NCBI GenBank assembly: GCA_034189385.1 | Contig: JAXHVD010000003.1 | Coordinates: forward strand, 32,001 to 96,000 | Length of the DNA: 64,000 nucleotides | Reading direction: 5' to 3' | Source of the DNA: Thermodesulfobacteriota bacterium | GTDB taxonomy: Bacteria > Desulfobacterota > Desulfobacteria > Desulfobacterales > C00003060 | In this document: positions 59,047 to 64,000 of the stretch, piece by piece | How positions within the stretch are numbered: position 1 is the stretch's first letter | Layout: each line of letters opens with the position of its first letter | The notes under the pieces: model-generated | The model's input: the letters and a program-made list of their open reading frames with translations, nothing else | Database searches by the model: none | Told to the model about the DNA's origin: nothing | Made by a program: the position numbers and the translations under genes

Positions 59047-59111
59047 GCAGTAGCTAGTCCATAGAAAACCTTAAGCCGTGGGTAGGCCGGTCAGCCTGCC
59101 CACGGCTTTTT
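59014..59111 (+). promoter_or_regulatory. Transcription attenuator: antiterminator 59014-59030:59074-59090 versus terminator 59073-59111
   Basis: 15-bp stem AAGCCGTGGGTAGGC/GCCTGCCCACGGCTT plus T-tract; CCGGTCGGCCCATGGCT pairs with AGCCGTGGGTAGGCCGG (16 of 17, including GU). Confidence 0.85.
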
Positions 59112-59122
59112 GGTTTATAGAC

Positions 59123-59161
59123 AAAGGGTCGGGGCAAAGAGCCGCGGCCCTTTTTTATTTT
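59123..59161 (+). terminator. Second terminator-like hairpin in the aro leader
   Basis: AAAGGGTCGGGGC-AAAGA-GCCGCGGCCCTTTTTTATTTT. Confidence 0.6.
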
Positions 59162-59182
59162 CGAGAAAAAGGGGGGGACAAA

Positions 59183-60205
59183 ATGATTATTGTCATGAAG
59201 CACAAGGCCAAGGAAGAACAGATCGAAAAAGTGATTCAATGGGTTGAATCGGTTGGATATCGTGCGCACGTATCCAAAGGGGTGGAACGTACCATTATTG
59301 GTGCCGTTGGAGACGAGCGGGAAAAGGTCCGCCTGAAAGCTGCAGAAGAGATGTCTGGTGTTGAGAAGGTCATGCCTATCCTTCAGCCCTACAAGCTGGC
59401 AAGCAGGGAGACCAAAGACGGTGACACGGTCATTAAAGTGGGCGACGTGGAGATAGGAGGGCCCAAGTGTGTCATCATTGCCGGGCCATGTGCCGTGGAG
59501 AGTGAAGAGCAACTCATGGAATCGGCGGATGCGGTGAAGAAGGCTGGGGCTTCTATGTTGAGAGGCGGGGCCTTTAAGCCGAGGACCTCCCCCTACAGTT
59601 TTCAAGGTTTGGGCGAAGAGGGTCTGAAAATCCTGTCCCGTGCGCGGGAGAAGACCGGATTGCCCATCGTAACCGAGGTCATGACCGACTCGGACGTGAA
59701 GCTTATTGAGAGTTATGCAGATGTGCTTCAAATAGGGACCAGAAACGTACAGAACTTCGCTCTCTTGAAGGCCGTGGGCCATGCAAAAAAGCCTGTGCTC
59801 TTAAAAAGGGGCATGATGACCACTCTGGAAGAGCTGCTGATGTCTGCCGAGTACATCATGGCCTCTGGAAATGACGACGTGATTTTGTGTGAGAGAGGCA
59901 TTCGAACCTTTGAAACGGCCATGCGCAACACTCTCGATATCAGCGCCGTGCCTGTGTTAAAGGAGAAGACCCATCTGCCGGTCGTGGTGGACCCGAGCCA
60001 CGCCATCGGAAAATGGCGGTTTGTTCTACCCCTGGCAAAGGCGGCCGTGGCAGTGGGGGCCGACGGCCTGATTATAGAAGTCCACCCGCATCCAGAGCAG
60101 GCCCTGTCCGATGGACCTCAATCTCTGAAACCTGAAAAGTTCCATGCACTCATGGACGAGATTGAATCCATTGCTAAGATCGTTAGAAAGGGATATGGAC
60201 AGTAG
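59183..60205 (+). CDS. aroF: DAHP synthase, type I-beta with N-terminal regulatory domain
   Basis: MIIVMK..., IAGPCAVES, RGGAFKPRTSPYSFQG, QIG.RN.QNF, LCERGIRTFE, DPSH, SDGPQSL. Confidence 0.96.
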   Translation: MIIVMKHKAKEEQIEKVIQWVESVGYRAHVSKGVERTIIGAVGDEREKVRLKAAEEMSGVEKVMPILQPYKLASRETKDGDTVIKVGDVEIGGPKCVIIAGPCAVESEEQLMESADAVKKAGASMLRGGAFKPRTSPYSFQGLGEEGLKILSRAREKTGLPIVTEVMTDSDVKLIESYADVLQIGTRNVQNFALLKAVGHAKKPVLLKRGMMTTLEELLMSAEYIMASGNDDVILCERGIRTFETAMRNTLDISAVPVLKEKTHLPVVVDPSHAIGKWRFVLPLAKAAVAVGADGLIIEVHPHPEQALSDGPQSLKPEKFHALMDEIESIAKIVRKGYGQ

Positions 60206-60206
60206 G

Positions 60207-61301
60207 ATGGAGCAAATAAGGGTCCATTTGGAAAAGAAGACAGATGACTCCTATGACATCTTTGTTGGTGAAGGTATCATGGATAGCCTAGGGGCAATGA
60301 TTCAAGCCCAAGAGCCTGCCGATCAATGCATCGTCATTACAGACTCAAATGTGAATCGACTTTATGGAAAAATGGTCGAAGAAAGGCTCAGGCAAGGAGC
60401 GCTGTCCCCAGAGATTATTGAGATTCCGGCAGGCGAAGCGTCAAAATCGATGGGGGTTGTTCTTGATGTAGCCACACAACTCGTTGAGCTGAAGGCCAGC
60501 CGCAAATGTCTCCTCATTGCCTTTGGGGGTGGGGTGGTGGGAGACCTTGCCGGATTTGTGGCATCCATCTACAAACGCTCTGTGCCCTATGTCCAAATAG
60601 CGACCACCCTTGTGGCCCAAGTGGACAGCAGTGTTGGAGGCAAGACCGGTATTGATCTTCAACAAGGCAAGAATCTCCTCGGTACCTTCTATCAGCCAAA
60701 AGCGGTCTTTATCGACCTGTCATTTTTAAAGACCCTGTCTGACAGGGACTTTAAGAACGGATTGGCTGAAATCATCAAATACGGCATTATCAGAGATGGA
60801 GAGATGTTTGGCCTCCTAGAGGCTGATAAGGACCGTGTTATGGAGCGGCAACCCATGCTGATGAAAAACCTGGTGGTGCGTTCTTGCAAGACAAAGGCCC
60901 ATGTCGTGGAACGAGACGAGAAGGAGGGGGACCTGAGACGCATACTCAATTTTGGCCATACCCTCGGACACGCCCTGGAAGCCGCATCAGACTATCGGCT
61001 TTCTCACGGTGAAGCCGTGGCCATAGGAACCGTGGGGGCCTCGAAAATTTCCCGAAAACTCGATTTCCTAGATGAAGAGAGTCATGGAAGGATCGTTCAC
61101 TTAATCAAGCAGTACGGACTTCCAACCAAGATCCCACGAGGATTCAATACAGACGAACTCCTTGATTTCATGGCCAGTGACAAGAAAGTAGTAGGGACAA
61201 AGATCTACTTCGTGCTCATAAAGCGGATAGGAAACCCTTTTGTCACAGCCGAAGTGCCCACAAGCACGATCAGAGACGTGATTGAAGAGATGAAGTCATG
61301 A
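60207..61301 (+). CDS. aroB: 3-dehydroquinate synthase
   Basis: GEASK, GGGVVGDLAGF, TTL.AQVDSSVGGKTG, KN..G.F.QP, LNFGHT.GHA.E, HGEAV (start 60195 or 60207). Confidence 0.96.
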   Translation: MEQIRVHLEKKTDDSYDIFVGEGIMDSLGAMIQAQEPADQCIVITDSNVNRLYGKMVEERLRQGALSPEIIEIPAGEASKSMGVVLDVATQLVELKASRKCLLIAFGGGVVGDLAGFVASIYKRSVPYVQIATTLVAQVDSSVGGKTGIDLQQGKNLLGTFYQPKAVFIDLSFLKTLSDRDFKNGLAEIIKYGIIRDGEMFGLLEADKDRVMERQPMLMKNLVVRSCKTKAHVVERDEKEGDLRRILNFGHTLGHALEAASDYRLSHGEAVAIGTVGASKISRKLDFLDEESHGRIVHLIKQYGLPTKIPRGFNTDELLDFMASDKKVVGTKIYFVLIKRIGNPFVTAEVPTSTIRDVIEEMKS

Positions 61302-62434
61302 ACAAAGATAGCCTTAACACATATAGGGACAAGATTGATGCCCTAGACCTTGAACTCTTGAAGCTCTTAAACGACAGGGCCTCGGTGTGTCTTGACATCG
61401 CAAAGCTGAAGGCCGAAAAGGGCCTTGAGATCCATGATCCCTTGAGAGAACAAGCCGTTTTCACGTACCTGGCTCAGCACAACAAGGGGCCTTTAAAGGC
61501 TGGCGATATCGAGGAGATTTTCAAAAAGATCGTCTCCATATCAAGAAGGCTCCAATCTGCGGCTTCTGCAAACGGCCTTGGCGCCCGGGCCGAATCCGGT
61601 GAAATGGGTGCACCTTTCACGCCAACCGGCAGCACGGCTCTCTATGGGATACTGGGAAATCCTGTGGCGCAAAGCATGAGTCCCCTGATGCACAATACGG
61701 CCTTCAGACTTCTGGGTATTGATGCCCTGTACCTCCCTTTTGAGGTGAACGATCTATCCCTTGCCTTTTCCGGTATGAAGGCCCTGAACATTCAAGGTGC
61801 CAGTGTGACCCATCCCTTCAAAGAAAAGATCATCGGGCTCATTGACGAGGTCGATGATACAGCCAAGAAGATAGGAGCGGTGAACACCCTGGTTTTTGGA
61901 CAAGGGCGCGTTCGCGGTACGAACACAGATTGGGTGGGCGCTGTCAGGTGTCTTGAGGCCCTGCTTCCCGTAAAAGGACACACTTTTGTGGTTCTTGGTG
62001 CAGGCGGAGCGGCCCGGGCCGCAGTCTTTGGCATTACGAGCCATGGAGGCAAGGCCATTGTAGTAAACAGGTCCGAAGCAAAAGGACGGGCCTTGGCCGA
62101 GGAGTTCGATTCCCTGTTCGTTCCCCTTTCTGAGATCCAGGGTGTTTCCGGTGACTGTCTGGTCAATACGACCCCTGTGGGCATGTATCCGAAAACAGAC
62201 GCGCTGCCTGTGCCAAGAGAAGTCTTGGGCCGGTACAAGGCTGTGGCTGATGTCGTCTATAATCCTCTAATGACCATGCTCTTGAAGGAGGCCGAAAAAG
62301 CAGGATGCCTGGTGGCCAGCGGCTTTGAGATGTTCCTCTATCAGGGTGTTGAACAGTTTACTACCTGGACAGGGAAAAAGGCTCCTGTAAAGGAGATGAG
62401 AGATGTGGTCTACGGGAGGTTGTCGACGTCATGA
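61298..62434 (+). CDS. aroE: Chorismate mutase (AroQ class) - shikimate dehydrogenase fusion
   Basis: N-terminus R.KID.LD..LL.LL..R...K...DP.RE...SR..Q; then G.PV.QS.SP.MHN, VT.P.K, GAVNT, NTD, GAGGAA, NTTP.GM. Confidence 0.92.
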   Translation: MNKDSLNTYRDKIDALDLELLKLLNDRASVCLDIAKLKAEKGLEIHDPLREQAVFTYLAQHNKGPLKAGDIEEIFKKIVSISRRLQSAASANGLGARAESGEMGAPFTPTGSTALYGILGNPVAQSMSPLMHNTAFRLLGIDALYLPFEVNDLSLAFSGMKALNIQGASVTHPFKEKIIGLIDEVDDTAKKIGAVNTLVFGQGRVRGTNTDWVGAVRCLEALLPVKGHTFVVLGAGGAARAAVFGITSHGGKAIVVNRSEAKGRALAEEFDSLFVPLSEIQGVSGDCLVNTTPVGMYPKTDALPVPREVLGRYKAVADVVYNPLMTMLLKEAEKAGCLVASGFEMFLYQGVEQFTTWTGKKAPVKEMRDVVYGRLSTS

Positions 62435-63693
62435 GGCCAATTCAACCGACGAGAGATATCCGTGCCAGCATCCGTGTGCCAGGGTCGAAAAGCTATACCC
62501 AAAGGGCCCTGATTGTGGCTGCCCTGGCAAGAGGCCACTCTTTGATTACAGGCCCCCTGTTTTCCGAAGACACAGAGCACCTGATAAAGGCCCTCGGCTC
62601 CTTGGGCGCCCAGGTCAGGCCCCAAGGCCCTGACCTGACCGTGGTGGGGACAGGAGGAAATGTAAGGCGCCCCTCTGGGCCGATCTATATGGGAAATAAC
62701 GGCACGGGTCTGAGACTCCTGACCGGCACGGTCACTCTTGGACAGGGAACCTTTGTCCTTGACGGCAACGATCGCATGCGCCAGAGGCCGATCCAACCCC
62801 TGGTCGACGCCTTAAATGAGCTGGGGGGCGAGGTCTCGTGCAGAAAGAAGAACGGCTGCCCCCCTGTGGAGGTCGTAGCAAAAGGGCTCGGGGGTGGAAA
62901 GACTACCCTAGCAGGAGGGCTTAGCAGCCAGTATCTCTCCTCTCTTCTTCTGGCCGCTCCCTGTGCCAGAGGGGACGTTCGGATCGAGGTCCTGGGCTCC
63001 CTTCCGTCACGGCCCTACATTGACATGACCCTGGATGTGATGGAGCACTTTGGCGCAGAGGTGTCCCTGTTGGATGAGAGGTCTTTCCTGGTCAGGGCGC
63101 CTCGGGCGTATCGGGCCAGTGAGTACGCCGTAGAAGGTGATGCCTCCAGCGCCACCTATTTCATGGCCGCTGCTGCCATCTGTGGGGGCACTGTAAGGAT
63201 AGACAATGTCAGCCCCGATTCTGTCCAGGGGGACCTGCGGTTCACCCATATTCTTGAGACCATGGGATGCCGGCTGGGGAGATCAGACAAGGGATTGGAA
63301 ATCACAGGCCCATTGTCTTATCACGGAGATCTTTCTTTCGACCTTCATGATGTACCTGATATGGTCCCGGCCCTTGCCGTGGTTTGCGCCTTCAGGAAGG
63401 GGAAAACCGACCTTGAGAACATCGGGCACCTTCGTATCAAGGAATCGGACAGGATCGCCGCCCTGACTCAGGAGCTCAGAAAGATCGGGGCCACAGTGGA
63501 AGAGAAGGAAGAGGCCATGGTAATCCAGGGCCTGGCCACCCGAGGAGGCGAGATAGACTCTTATGACGATCACCGTATTGCCATGAGTTTTGCTATAGCG
63601 GGCCTGGCTATTGAGGGCGTCGTTATCAAGGCTCCTGATTGTGTGAAGAAATCCTTTCCCGATTTCTGGGATAAGCTGGAGTCTCTTGGTTGA
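62431..63693 (+). CDS. aroA: EPSP synthase
   Basis: PGSKS, GN.GT.LR, RP, SSQYLS, EGDASSA, KESDRI, DDHRIAM, KSFP.F. Confidence 0.97.
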   Translation: MRPIQPTRDIRASIRVPGSKSYTQRALIVAALARGHSLITGPLFSEDTEHLIKALGSLGAQVRPQGPDLTVVGTGGNVRRPSGPIYMGNNGTGLRLLTGTVTLGQGTFVLDGNDRMRQRPIQPLVDALNELGGEVSCRKKNGCPPVEVVAKGLGGGKTTLAGGLSSQYLSSLLLAAPCARGDVRIEVLGSLPSRPYIDMTLDVMEHFGAEVSLLDERSFLVRAPRAYRASEYAVEGDASSATYFMAAAAICGGTVRIDNVSPDSVQGDLRFTHILETMGCRLGRSDKGLEITGPLSYHGDLSFDLHDVPDMVPALAVVCAFRKGKTDLENIGHLRIKESDRIAALTQELRKIGATVEEKEEAMVIQGLATRGGEIDSYDDHRIAMSFAIAGLAIEGVVIKAPDCVKKSFPDFWDKLESLG

Positions 63694-63702
63694 AAGGAAG
63701 CC

Positions 63703-64000
63703 ATGAAAAAGAAACCTACGATCCTGGTCATTCACGGCCCGAACCTGAATATGCTGGGGCGGCGCGAGCCGACCTGGTATGGCCGTGCCACGCTGGAGGA
63801 GATCGATGCTTCGATCAAGGAGGCCGCCCAAGAGGTCGGTATGACAGCAGAGACGTTCCAGTCCAACTATGAGGGGGCCATCGTCGAGAAGATCCACCAA
63901 GCCATTGAGACATGCGACGGGGTGATCATTAACCCGGCAGCCTATACCCACACCAGTGTGGCCATAAGAGACGCCCTCTTGATGCTGGATATTCCGATTA
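63703..64000 (+). CDS. aroQ: Type II 3-dehydroquinate dehydratase, truncated by the window end
   Basis: Manual translation: [25 protein letters not shown]...FQSNYEG...[17 protein letters not shown]. Confidence 0.95.
   Translation, partial: MKKKPTILVIHGPNLNMLGRREPTWYGRATLEEIDASIKEAAQEVGMTAETFQSNYEGAIVEKIHQAIETCDGVIINPAAYTHTSVAIRDALLMLDIPI

Noticed and set aside
59078..59182. N-terminal extension of aroF in the ORF track
   Set aside because: This is attenuator sequence; the family N-terminus and RBS indicate ATG 59183.

Overview
Chromosomal window from an anaerobic bacterium, most likely a Desulfobacterota/deltaproteobacterial complete oxidiser (inferred from gene content). No rRNA, tRNA, CRISPR array, transposase or prophage was seen. 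1-29 kb (minus strand) is a co-oriented Wood-Ljungdahl super-cluster: fhs, a double-FAD hdrA-like gene, folD, cooS, a GltD-like/ferredoxin/degenerate-MvhD fusion, two metV-metF pairs flanking a signalling cassette, acsD/B/C/E, a membrane cytochrome b-HdrC protein with a CxxCH motif, hdrB, an FBPase homologue lacking its catalytic residues, and NuoE/NuoF-like plus formate dehydrogenase subunits. 29-47 kb holds accessory genes: metallophosphoesterase, DUF523/1722, SDR, MBL, dodecin, Mo/W ABC transporter with an AlgE-type porin, two MtaD-like deaminases, PNP, RseC, PHP and dksA. 47.5-52.3 kb is an AmmeMemoRadiSam operon whose proteins carry export signals. 52.4-55.4 kb is a sigma28-type two-gene module of unknown proteins. 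55.6-56.7 kb is a sigma54-type unit with an unannotated 58-aa protein and a Cys->Ser TusA. From 59 kb runs the shikimate operon, preceded by an unannotated Tyr-rich leader peptide with a complete terminator/antiterminator attenuator. Top leads: the Tyr-sensing attenuator, the FBPase pseudo-enzyme, the heme b/heme c membrane Hdr-MetVF module, the exported AmmeMemoRadiSam system and the sigma28 module.
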